Part shown: piece by piece, positions 48,500 to 60,566 of the stretch
Layout: the number at the start of each line of letters is the position of its first letter
Numbering within the stretch: the stretch's first letter is position 1
From: Monocercomonoides exilis PA203
Lineage: Eukaryota; Protista; Preaxostyla
Direction of reading: 5' to 3'
Assembly (NCBI GenBank): GCA_001643675.2
Contig: LSRY02000033.1
Coordinates: 1 to 64,000, forward strand
DNA: 64,000 nucleotides
Position numbers and translations under genes: made by a program
The notes under the pieces: model-generated
Databases searched by the model: none
Seen by the model: the letters and a program-made list of their open reading frames with translations, nothing else
What the model was told of the DNA's origin: nothing

Positions 48500-50520
48500 A
48501 ATGAAGACGAAGAAACAGAAAGCGACGCTTTGGTGACATCCGCAAATGAGTGTTGATTCATGTCAATTTTCATCAAAGTCGGAACAGAAAAAGCAGTTTC
48601 CACTTATTCCAATACTGAAGAAGAGAGAAAAGATGGAAAGGTGGAAATGCATACCAACAGTATCAGTACCCGCATCGGAGAAGGAAGAATGTTTTTGAGA
48701 GGCAACTGTGTGGAAAGCTAGTGACTGCATAATCGATATCTACTGGAACTTCTTTAACTTCTCCATTTGTTGGATCGACTAAAATAGATGTTTGTTATGT
48801 TGTTTTTTTGTTGTTCTCTTTGCTTTTGTGTTGAACGCATGAAGATGAACTGCATATACAAATTCTGTTGGTGGTTTGTCATCTTCGACAGGATCGATGC
48901 GTTATGACTTTTCATCACGTAATCCATATTCGGAATAGCTTATCTACCTGCAGCAGTCAATACAAAAGCAGGAGACATTGAATGTTATTTCATGTGCAGA
49001 TCATCCAGTTCACCCTGAACTGTCATCGGTGCATCAAATACCATTGCAGAAAGAGAATGACTGTGTTTCAAGGAGAGAGGAATAACTTGTTGATGGAAAG
49101 CGTTGGAGAGAAATAGGAGATAGATGAAAAAGGTTTCATTTCCGGGATCGAGAAATGTTGGGAAAGGGAATCAGTGAATATGAACATTGACTTGAATAAC
49201 ACAAAATATGAAGACGGAGATGTGCACGCGAAAGGAGTGTCCGAAGGAGATATTTAATGAAAAAAATAATAGAAAAAAAAAAAAGAAAAAGAAAAATAGG
49301 AGAAAGTGGAGAAAGATGATGCAAAAGATGAGAAATATAGAGAACAATCAGAGAAAGCAGAAAAAGATGAGGAATACAAATTGTTTTGATGACATTCGTA
49401 TGAAATGCCCAGCTGCCTAAGTTCTATATTTTGTTGTTCTGTTTTGCCTCCTCTCTTCCATCACTTTCATTTTAGGATTCTTTCTTAAGGCTGATTCTGC
49501 AATTTGCTTCAATAAATGCTGCTGAAAAGGAAAATGAGATGATGAATGAAGCAGGAATATTATCTGAGTTTCCTTATCGCCTTTTCTCAATTTTTCTCTT
49601 GGTGGTGTAATAATTTTTTTTGGAACTCATATACTGTTTCTCCCTTTTTGTATTGCTTCCTTCATCGCCTCGAAAAATAAGCCAACAGAGCATGTGCGAG
49701 ATGTGAGAGGAACTTCGAAACCTGCATCTTTTATAAAGAGGAGAAATAATATTGTGAGTGCAGAAGAGAAGGAAGAGAAGGAGGTGGAGAAGGAGGAAGA
49801 GAAGAAGAAGGAAAAGAAGGTGAAGAAGGTGAAGAAGGTGGAGAAGGTGAAGAAGGTGGAGAAGGTGAAGAAGAAGAAGAAGAAGAAGGAGGAGGAGGAG
49901 GAGGAGGAGGAGGAGGAAGAGGAGGAAAAAGAGGAAGAAGAAGAGGAAGAAGAAGAGGAAGAAGAAGAAGACGAGGAAAAATGTTAAAATGAATATGGAG
50001 GAGAAGGTGAAGAAGCAGAAAAAGGCATAGAAGAATGAGAAGACGAATACATAGGTGAAAATGACGAAGAAGGAGAAAAATAATTCGACATTTGCGCAGA
50101 AGATGATGAGGGCTGCCTGGGAATTGAAGAAGTTGGCGAATCAAACGAACGAGAGGTAGAAGAAATCGATTGCATTGATCCGCTTTCTATTTGAGATAGC
50201 CCGCTTTTCTTTTCCGTCTCAAACGAAATATCCGCTTCTCTTATCTCTCTGGCCACACCCTACTTCTTCGGGGAGATCATTTAGACTTTTCCGTATTGAT
50301 TCATCAGCTGCATCAGAATGCGGGCAAGAAGCGGGCTCTCTGCCATCGCTATCAGCTGTGCCTCTTTTGCGTGTATGAAGTCGCTGTCCATCACAAGTTC
50401 CATCTTCTTTTTCTCTCTTTCGCGCACTTTTTGCTCTGCTTTGTGTGCTTCTCTCTCCTTTCGAGGAAAGTTTCGATCTTCAGTTATCTCTTTCTTCTTC
50501 TCCTTCTTCTTCTTCATTCT
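48500..50520 (-). pseudogene. 5'-truncated decayed Ser/Pro-rich gene fragment
   Basis: Minus-strand fragments 50281..50517 (AESPLLARILMQLMNQY) and 49984..50256 continue into a poly-Ser tract at 49770-49980, with stops and frameshifts. Confidence 0.55.
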
Positions 50521-53500
50521 TCAATTCTCTTAACGCTCTTTCAACTTTCAGCTCCCCTTCCACACCGCACGAACCGCTTCTTATCTCTCTCCTCTCCTCC
50601 TTCCTGAACATCTCCTCTGCCTCGATCGTTCTCGGCAGACCATGTTTGCCTTGGGGAATGCAGAAGCTCCACGTTGCTGTCTTGTTCTCTTCGCTCTTTG
50701 AACTGCTGAATTCCGCACTGAACAACAGCGAAATAAACACGAAGTGGCAAGGGATGATACCATCAAGGATGGCTAAGTCTCTTGGCGCTGTTATAAAATA
50801 CCAGGCAGATGTGATTATGGATGTTCCGAGGAATCTGTTAGTGGGAGGTGATGATGATGATGATAATGATAAGTACATCAATGAATTGTCAGGAGCATCA
50901 CCTTCTTCTTCCTCGACCCCTTACTCTTCCTCTTCATTTTCTTCCTCGAACAATCTCACAAAGAAGAGCCAGCTGTCTCTTCTGCCTGTCTCAGTTGCGC
51001 TGAGAGTCATTCTGAATGAGCTTTCTCAGCTTCATTGCGCATGCAACCGGACAACAGAAAATGACCTGAGAAAACTGGAAAGATGGATCAAAACAGAAGT
51101 TGGCTTGAAGCTGCCTGAGAAATACTTTGGGCTGATGCTCATTGATTGTCTGTGGATGGACAAGCTGGTGGCTGGATTCGATGCTATTGCTGCTCCAACT
51201 GGTGCTTCACCACCAGGAATGGCTGGGAAGAAGATGCTGCGCAGTCTTTCTGCTTCTGTTTCTTCTTCTTCTTCATATTTGCCCTCAAACATTGCACTGC
51301 GCGATTCGCAGAGGAAGCTGATCTCGTCGCATTCACGTTGCAACTCAGAAGTGGAACTCATTCAGAGCCATTTTGATACAGGCAAATATAGCAGAGATGC
51401 TATTGTGAGTCTGATTGCTGCGCTGTGCAGCGGAAACGAGGCAAACACAGAGCGTCTGCTGCATCTTTTGAATGAGACGCAGACAATGAACGACAAGAAC
51501 ACATACCCGTCCTTCCACTTCACACCCACCGAGCAGATTGCTAAGTCGCATAAGAAGGAGAAGAAAGTTGAGAAAAGCGAAGAGGTTAAATTCAGAGGCA
51601 TCGTGAATCCAGACACATTGTGCTTCATGAACTCACTATTTGAATAGCTGTTAATACCACTCGGCCCCGCTCCACGCTTCTTTTGTGGGAAGGCGAGCAG
51701 TTTCATGGAAGCGCCCTGGAGAAGCTGGCAAGACATTCACATGCAGATGTGCTGAGTGAGTGCTAGAAGAGCAAAGAAACAAGTACACTCCCACCAGACG
51801 AGCTGGAGACGAAGATGGCAGAGATGCGGCTGCGCAGCGTGACAGAGAAGGAGAAAGTGCAGAACAGCGCTGTGTGGAGAGATGTTCGCTATCTCTTCTG
51901 GGAGCTTCTGGACAACCCGAACAGGAAGGAGTTCATTGATGCTGAGCAGTTTCTGGAGGTGTATCTCGACCAGGACAGGAAGCAGGTGGTGAATGGCGTG
52001 CATTGCGACATCCACGAGTTCTTCATGCGTCTTGTGGACAAGCTGGAGATGCATTTGGATTCAGTGGCTGCTCCAAACTTTGTCAGGCGCTTTCTGAAGT
52101 GTCACGCGATGAACCTGCATGTCTGCCAATACAGGCACGAGCTGTGGCATTCGGATGGCTTCTATGCGCTTGAGGTGGAAGTGAAAGGGAAGAAGAGTCT
52201 GGTGGAGTCATTGGCGTCGATGGTAGTTGGATCGAAGATTGGGAATTACGAATGCAAAGAGTGTGGCAAGTATCACACGGTTGATGTGATCAACCGGACA
52301 GTTCTGAGAGATCTGCCTAACACACTCATTATTCTCCTCAGGCGTTTTGACTACCAGCCGCTGACAGGGAACAGAGTGAAGATCAACTTCAAGTTTGAGT
52401 TCCCCATTGAGGAGGGCTTGGATCTCGATCCATTTAGGTGGGAGGCGATGCAGGTGAGGGAAGAAAAACTAAGCAGAATGAAGCGGTTTTCCAAAGCTGA
52501 CACAGCAATCATGTTGGAAAAGATTGGACGCAAAGAGAATCTGAAGTATCTCCATGTGCCGCATAACAACGAAAGCAAAGACAAGCTGCGTCCGGAGAGC
52601 TACTCCAAATACTGTCTGCAGGGAATCATCAACCAATCGGGAACAGCCAATGCTGGACACTGCATCTTATTTGGGACAAAATATAGCACTTCAGGCATTT
52701 TCATTGAAAAATTATGCACTTTTAATTGACTTTTTGAGATCAAAAAACACAATAAAAATGGGTCCATTTTTTGACATTCGTGAAATGTCACAATGCTTAA
52801 TGTTTTGATTTCAATGATACATGTTTACGGATATGAAGGTTTAATTTATATTTTAATTCTGAGAAAGCGAAACAAAGTTATGAGAAAAGCAATTTATCAA
52901 TGTCTTGTGCAAAAAATGCTTGAAAGACAGTTTTTTCCACCATTTGTGCGGGAAAGAGATGCACAGTACCAGTGGTACGAGTTCAACGACGATAGAGTTA
53001 GGCTGCTCCCTTCTCCTGCTATCGAGACACCGAAAGCAGAACCCTTTGGCTGGAGCTTCCTTGACGACATAGCGCTGATTGATCCCGAGATCCTCAAGAA
53101 CAAACGCCTGAGCCTGCTGAGCGAGGCAGACACAGTCAAACCGTACTCGGCATTCATCTTTATCTACGAGCGGAAGGAGCCTGTGGATGACTGGAGCCTC
53201 GAGCTCCAGCTGCTCAGCCAGATTCCACAATCAAAGCTGAAAGAAATGAGAAGACAGAGTCATTTGCCGATTACTGTATCGCTAACAATCGGCTCTTTTC
53301 CTCTTTTCGCAATGCATCCTCCACCACCCCACTGGTCTCATCTGAAGATGCGTTCTCCTTTAAATGACGATGTATTCGCAGATTCCGCCTTGACAGAGCA
53401 TTCGCCAATGAAATCGTCTTCAGATGGGATGAGCAGTGTGGATGAGAGTGTGTTGGTGAGACAGCAGAGCATCGTGAAAGACAGGCAGATCTTCTCAAAC

Positions 53501-55390
53501 ATATTCCTTGCGTTTGTGAGAAGGCTGTTTGAGCAGTTTGGATGTGAACAATATGTTGAAGAGGAAGAAGCAGCAACAACAGTCACTAATCTCAGATCAT
53601 CGTTAATTGGAGCTTCATCTGCAACATCTGCCTCATCTTTGATTAAAACGAAACGTGCTGGCAAAAGCTCATCATCTTCATCCTCATCTGCCTCAGCTTC
53701 TATGGCTATGCGTGTTCTGAACGTGCCAAAGGAAGGTCCGACATTTTCCAGCGACTTTATGTTATTCTTGGTACGTTTTTTGCTTCACACCTTCTCCCAT
53801 TCAGTGAATCATGCGGTGTTTGTGCAGTGGAGACTGGAGTTGGAGCAGATTCTTGTTTGGTCTCCAGACTTCTCGTTCAAACTGATCAAGCACATCACAA
53901 CTGAGTTGCTCAGAGGAGAAGCAAAAGAGTGGGATGCTTGCCTTGCCCGTAAGCAAAACCAGAAGAGTTCAACTGCATCCGCCGCAGTGTATGCAATGAC
54001 TGCTGAGGAGCTGAACAATCTTGGGTTGAAGACATTGCGGGCGCGCCGTCGATTGCGAAGGCCTTTCTCTTCCGCTGCGAAGACACTCAGCTGCGCTTGT
54101 GTTTTTTCCGCGTGCTCCTCTGCTCCCTTTCTGCTGTTCTGAAGTCAGTCTCAGTGTATTTGTCCAAAGCAGACTCCTCTCTGTCACAGCAACACCTCTC
54201 CATTCTGCTCCAGCAGCTCTTCTTCTTCTTCACATTGCTGCTAAATCTTCTGCCCGCCAAACAGAAGAAAGCCATCCAATTCGTCCCTCTGTTCGCCTTC
54301 TTGCGCGCTGCCTGCTTTCTGTCTCCTGTTTGCTCTTGGCTGCTCCTCCTCGCTATTTCCCTCAGCGCTTCTAGGACTTTCTTTCCACTTCTCTGTCAAA
54401 ACAGTCGGGAAAGTGGACATATGCAGTGAAGTTGCTGTATTCTCTTGCTCCTCTGGATGGTAACAATGCTTGTCAGGATGAGCTGCCTCCGGTTCCGCGT
54501 GAAGAAGCAATAGCATTGTTGACTTCTCTCATTTCTTGTCTGAATAATTCACCATCTCCGTCTGCGTCCGCTTTTCTCTCCATTCTTATGATTTTGAAAG
54601 GAACGAAGCCGACTTCTCTTTTTGCTTCGGATTCATCCTTTTTGTCAATTTCGCTTCCTTCTATTCCAATTTTACCAGAAGATTCATTTAATTCCATCAT
54701 TTCGCAGTCATTTTGTGATGTTCTTTTTTCTTTCACATAAGAACCCTGCCACGTTGCTACTCTTTGTTCTCTCGCTTTGACCTGTTTTTATTCCATTCGA
54801 AACGATGTTGCTGAGCATAAGTCATATCTTTTGCTTTTGGAGAAGCATTTGACACAGATTGGGGTTGGCTGGCTGCTCCTCAAGTCAGAAGAGTTGCTGT
54901 GCACACAAAACAGAGAGATAAATGAAAAGTGGATAAGGAGTATTTATCTGTTGTGTTATGCACTGGAACACGAGCATATTCATCATCATCTTCTTCTTCT
55001 TCTTATCCTTCTCCTCTTTCTCCTCTTTCTTCTTCTTTCAAAACTACATCTTCCCCGCTGCAAACAGCACAAGCTCATTCAACACTGTGGCACAACCAAG
55101 TGTTAGCAGCAGCTATATTATTTTGTCATTTTTCTTATCTGTTAAATGGAGCGAGACATACTCCACAAACACATCTAATGGTTGCGCTGAACTGGCATGT
55201 GAAGAACAAGAGCTCTCAGCAAAGGCAGATATCTCAGAGAGCGAAGGAAGGTGGGGAAAGAAGAGAGAAGTGACAGGGGAGCAGGAGCGTGTTTGAAGAG
55301 AAGAGACAAAAGCGAAGAAGCAGATGATGCTAGTGGTTTAAGTGTTGCAGTGGGAGAGGGTGGAGGAATGAATTCGGTGATGTGTTGGCT
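50490..55390 (+). pseudogene. USP9/24/34-like ubiquitin-specific protease pseudogene
   Basis: Motifs: FRGIVNPDTLCFMNSLFE*L, HCDIHEFFMRLVDKLE, YECKEC, LPNTLIILLRRFDY..RVKINFKFEFP, YCLQGIINQSGTANAGH, WYEFNDDRV, and AFIFIYER. Lesions: TAG at 51645-51647, frameshifts (~51.7 kb, ~54.0 kb, ~54.35 kb), TAA at 54738, and a MITE in the His box. Confidence 0.88.
52673..52941. mobile_element. 269-bp non-autonomous element (MITE family A, copy 2), 4-bp ATTT TSD
   Basis: ATTT at 52669-52672 and 52942-52945. Termini are GGGACAAAA...TTTTTTCCACC. Removing the element plus one TSD gives the in-frame reading GHCILFVRERDAQYQWYEFND. Confidence 0.95.
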
Positions 55391-57642
55391 TTGATGATAA
55401 AAATGTTTATCATCATGATGAAAATGAAAATGAATGAAAATATTAATGAGTATTGAATGAAGTCGAAAAGCTATTTTTTTGTAAAAAAATTGAATATCAA
55501 CAAAAATAATTGTTAAAAAAAAATTAAAAAATAGACAAACTTTTTTGCTATAATCACAATTTTATTATTCTTCCCCCATTGAATCTTTTCTTTCATCCTT
55601 CAAAAGCCCTATCTCATTCCATGCATTCGCTCACTTCATCTTTCCTTCAGCAGAAGTGTGCATCAGTTGCACTTGCAATTTCCCTGTTGAGCTTGTCGTG
55701 TTTTGCTGACACAACAGCACCCAAGCCATGCAAGGAAACATCAGTTCCTTTAAACACGATCATCAAAAAGCAGGCATCTTTTGTGCAGAACTGTGTGGAT
55801 AAAGAAGAGATGCCTGAAATTGAGACGAGGATGGAGAAGACGATGGAAAATACAGACCACTCGACGAAAATAAATAAAAGTGAACAACTAACACGGAAGA
55901 TAGAAGACAGAGACTGATATGTTTGAAAGGAGTGAAAAGAATTGGAGAAAGAGGAAGAGGAAAATAAATATGATAATGATAAAGGTGGAAATGAAGCTAT
56001 TTCCATACAGACAGTGATTTTTCCTCTTCTTTTAATTTTTTAACTTGAAAATTTTGAGAATCCAACAAATCTTTACGCAATTATGTCTTCATCCGATTTT
56101 CAGTTCGAATGAACAAATTTACCACATTCTTTTACAATAATAAACACAAATTGTAACAGTAAATATGAAAACAATAAGAGAAGCATTAACAATTCAGTGA
56201 AACTTCTATACCTGTTTAAATAATAAAATAATGCAAACAATTTTCTTATTATAGCCTTTCACTCATTTTCTTTAATTATTTCCTCAAATATCGAGCTTGT
56301 ATCCAAAAATAAAAATTAATAATAATTATGGATTCCATTTCAAATATTTTTTTGCATAATAATGTTAGATACATTGTGACATGTGTGTATATTAAGTTTG
56401 GAACAAAACATGATTTTTTTAATGAATCAAAAAATTTCGCCCCATTTCATATTATGTTTTTAATATTATATATGGGTGAATATTTTTGAAATTATAACTT
56501 TTTTCGGGTTGCAGATTTATAATAATTTGCTTGCCATTGAAAAGAGCTTTTGAATTCAAATGTTTTATTTTTCACAACTGTTTAATTATTAAGCAAATCA
56601 GCTGAAATAAATATTCAAATGTCTCTTTTGAGTGCTTTCACTCTTTAGTGATCATGAATTTATGCTCAAAGGAAATACTTGAACCGAAAATTTTGAATGA
56701 AAAAATATGATTTCATAAATAATCTTTCATATATATATATATATTATTTATTTTATTTTTTGTATTTTTTTTTTTTTTTTTGTATTATTAAATATTTTAA
56801 AAAAATTAATAATTGGGGCTTTTGCGCGAACATTCAAAATCGATGAAAGAAAAAGGATTTTTGGAAACAAGCAGAAGATATCAACAGAAGAAAAAGGGAT
56901 ATGGGGAAAGAAGACGATGAAGGAATAAAGGTGATTATTTCCAAACAGATTATCATATTTCTTCTTCTGAAAAATCCTTCCTGAAAATTTTTTGTTGTCG
57001 TAAATCTTTTTGTTTTAATGTCCTCATAGAGTTTTCCGTTTGTATGCATAAGTTATCCGAAAGCAGACACAATAATTATGCGTTGATATTTACCGTTCAT
57101 TTGAAATAAATGCCCGTAGCATTGACAATTCTATGAAAGTTCTATTCACATTCAACGCATCGAAATACAAAGGCAAAAATCATAATCACACCTTTTCATG
57201 TCTTTTTCTTTTATTTCTTTGAATATCACGCTTGTTTTCAAAAATGAAAATAGGGTTTTAATTTTATCTTGACCTTTTTTTTTTATCAAGACCTTTCTTT
57301 TTAAATTAATCATTAACTTTTCCCACAATTTCCAATTTTTGAAAATTTTTAAGTATATTCATGAATTCAAACGATAAAAATAAATACTTTTTGAAACAAA
57401 CCCAATTTCGCATGGGGGGAGATGGGGGGTTTAGCCCCTTCATCGAACTTCTGTGTGGAATTAAAGGGTTTCATGGGGCATAAAACCTTTAGTTTGTTTA
57501 AAATGTTATTTTTCGATTTTTTTTCATTTCATTTCAATTAAAAAAATAAAAAATTATTATGATCTTAAAAATATCATTAAAAAAATGAAAATATCAACAG
57601 AAATAAAATTAAAAGAAGGTAAAAAAAAAAATACAGAGAGCA

Positions 57643-59251
57643 ATGTCTTCGCGCAAGTATAGAAAATACAACAGTCGGCTGGAGCGAATGGCTCACATCG
57701 TTGTTGATGGAGTTGTTCGTATAACTGATGCTATCAATTCTAAGGAATTCAGTCGCACTGGAATAAAAAATGCTGTGAGAGCTCTCAGAAAAGGAAGGCT
57801 GGTTGGAAAAATTGGCAGACCTGCAGCAGTTGTTGGCGAAAAGGAACAAAGAGTGATGGACATTATTCACATTGAAGCAAAGTCTGGAACATGTTTAACT
57901 TTGAAAAAAACAAGAGAATTGATTTGTTTTATTTTTATTAATATGTTTTTATCATTTGTTTTTCAGATAGAAAATGTTTTAAACGACAACGATGATGAAG
58001 ACTCACCATTTACCGAAGTTTCAATGTCTGCAACTTACGGCTTTGTCAAGCGTCATCCGGAGCTGAAGACTGGAACGCCGAAGAATCTGGACATTAACAG
58101 ACTGGCTATTCCGTGTAGAAGTGCTTTTAAACCCTGGTATCAAACTCTCGACGAGCTGCATGAAAAGTTCCATAATAATCCAGCTTTGATGATAAATGTC
58201 GATGAATCTTCAACGCGCGTTCCCACAGACTCAAAACAGCTTGTTGTTGTACATTCAGCAGACACAAAAGCAGGTTTTTTACGAAGGAACCACCAAGAAT
58301 AATAAATTCAACATTCGTGGCAGCTGTTGCAGCAAACGGATAATCCTTTTCTTCTGTCATTTTGTGGCCAAGTGTCAACCTGCCAGATGAGCTGAAATGC
58401 CTATTATCTCCAACGCTTGAGATATGGGCAAATAAAAACGGCTGGATGGACAACGAGTACTTTTAAAGGTTTGCTCTCAAAATTCTTCTTCCTTCGATTA
58501 TTGAAAGACGAAAGCACATGTCACTTGAAAATGAACATATTCTTCGGCTTCTTGATTCTCATGCATCTCGTGCAGATCCATCGATCTGGCGAGATTCCAA
58601 AAACAACAAGTCGACGTTTTAACCTTCGTGCCACACAGCACACACCTCTGTCAACCACTGGACAGAGGAGTGTTTGCAGTGTTCAAATCTGAACTAACAA
58701 ACAGATTTGAGGCTCCATCTTCTTCTTCATCTTCCTCCAAACGAGCAGCAATTTCCGACGTTCTGCCTCAAGCCATCTACACTGCATTATCTCCTTCTGT
58801 AATTCAGGAAACTTTTGTCTGCAGTTGTGTTCTTCACAATTCTTTTAATTCAGATCTTTTGAAACTGCTGGAATCTTCTTTTTCTCCTCTTCCATCTCGC
58901 AGAAACAGATTTTCCTTTTATGGAAATGTGATAACCAACGAGTATCTTCTGGAAAAACGGGAAAATCATTTCAAAATGAATATCGAAAGGAAAAATGAAA
59001 TGGATGAAAAGGAGAAATATGAAGTGAAGACTGCTGTGGATGAAAAGAAAAAAATAAAAAGAAAATTTCTCCACGTTAAAAACGATGATTCTGATGATAA
59101 AAAGAAAGACAATGTATTAAATCGAGCTGAAGGAAAAAGGAAAGTGATTGAAAGAATTAATTCCGATTTTGTTTTCTTTAAATTATATTGTTTTTTGAAC
59201 TTTTTTCACTCCATATTTTTGGGTCAGAATAAAGAAATAGTGCCAAAATAA
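57643..59251 (+). mobile_element. pogo/Tigger-like (DDE_1) transposase, frameshifted
   Basis: Motifs: GRP.V, INVDES, NITFVAAVAANG, NKNGWMD, LLDSHASR, and PHSTHLCQPLDRGVFAVFK. Frameshifts at ~58270, ~58490 and ~58620, and an in-frame TAA at ~58341. Confidence 0.88.
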
Positions 59252-59353
59252 AATAATTTCCGTTTTCCATTTCATTGTTTTTCTAATAATTCAAGAGATT
59301 TTATTAACTTTTCAAAAAAAAAAAAAACGAAATATAAAATTTTATTATATATA

Positions 59354-59559
59354 CAGCTAATCCTATTTGAAAACAAACTTTCGTTCGAGTTTTGATTAAA
59401 AATCTTATCTCAACTGGAAAAAGAAAACAATAAATTTCTTTTTTTTCAAAATCGTGTTCAAAACGAAAAACCGTTGATTTTCATTTTTTCGAAATCCCAT
59501 TGAGTCAAATTTTTTTGTCAAAAGTCGAACGAATGCATGATTTCAAAAAGGATTAGTTA
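59354..59559. mobile_element. 206-bp Tc1/mariner-pogo-type MITE (family B) with TA TSD
   Basis: 49-bp TIRs at 59354-59402 and 59511-59559 (39/49 identical). The element starts TA|CAG, with TA on both flanks. Confidence 0.8.
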
Positions 59560-59629
59560 TATATTGGAAGGGGAAAAAAAATTCAACTACCAAAAAAAGC
59601 TTCTGGAATAGAATTGCAAACTCATTCCA

Positions 59630-59881
59630 GGCAAATGGAGAAGATCCTGGTACCTCATGATCAACTCCCTTAATTATGAATATTCTGTTATTTATTCTTA
59701 TTGTGATTATGAGGTTTTTGGGCTTTGACGAATTAAACAAGTTCATATTGGATATTGTGATGGTTTAGGGTTTTACCGAGCAAATTTAGTGTTAGTGTTA
59801 GCCCTAGAAGAGATTTTCAAAATGAAAATGATATAAATAGTGGGTAGGATCACCTTGGTACCAGGATCTACTCCACTTGCC
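59630..59881. mobile_element. 252-bp Merlin-type MITE (family C) with GG..CC ends and a degenerate 8-bp TSD
   Basis: 25-bp TIRs GGCAA(A/G)TGGAG(A/T)AGATCCTGGTACC (23/25 identical) at 59630-59654 and 59857-59881. Flanks are TCATTCCA and TCATTTGA (6/8). Confidence 0.85.
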
Positions 59882-60566
59882 TCATTTGATTGAAAGCATT
59901 TATAATGGAAATTTAACTTCTTTCAATTACATTCATATGAGTATTTTTGTGAAGCCAGGTCCAGAAAAACAGAAATTTTGGGATTTTCAATTAATGAATC
60001 CATTTTCCACTGAAGGAATTAAAAAAAATTGTTTAAATTCACAAATCATCAAATCAATGTTTTGAATTTTGAATTTTTGCATTTCAAAAGGAATTGAACC
60101 GATAAATATTAAAAAATAGGAAAATAGAATATAACACAGATTTAACACCAACGCAATAGATCAGAGTCAAAATGAAAAAATGTGAACATGAAATCGACTC
60201 CTCTCAATAATACTTAAATGGATAATTAGCAACAAAACTACAAATAACAATAGAATTTTTGTGAAACACGCAACAACTTTGACAAAAGTTAATCTCGAAA
60301 TATCAAAACATATGCATTCGAGCTTATCAATAATTTTAAAAGTGAAAAATAAAATTCAAAAATGATTCTTCCAAAAATAAATTGCAAACGTTTGAAACAT
60401 TTTAAAGCTAACTTTCTTTAATATTTCTTAATTAAATAATTGTATTCTCGAAAGATAAACATATGGCAATAAAACAACATTTATGACAGAAATAAGAATA
60501 TTCACAAAGAATCAAAATAAACAAAAACAAATTCTAATTTTTATTTATTATTTATTATTACTCGCT

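Noticed and set aside
52793-52941. N-terminus of the 449-aa ORF as a real gene start
   Set aside because: It is translated MITE sequence. The true reading is the interrupted USP domain.
55579-56010. 112-aa ORF fragment
   Set aside because: No ATG start, splice support or motif. It is probably another decayed fragment.
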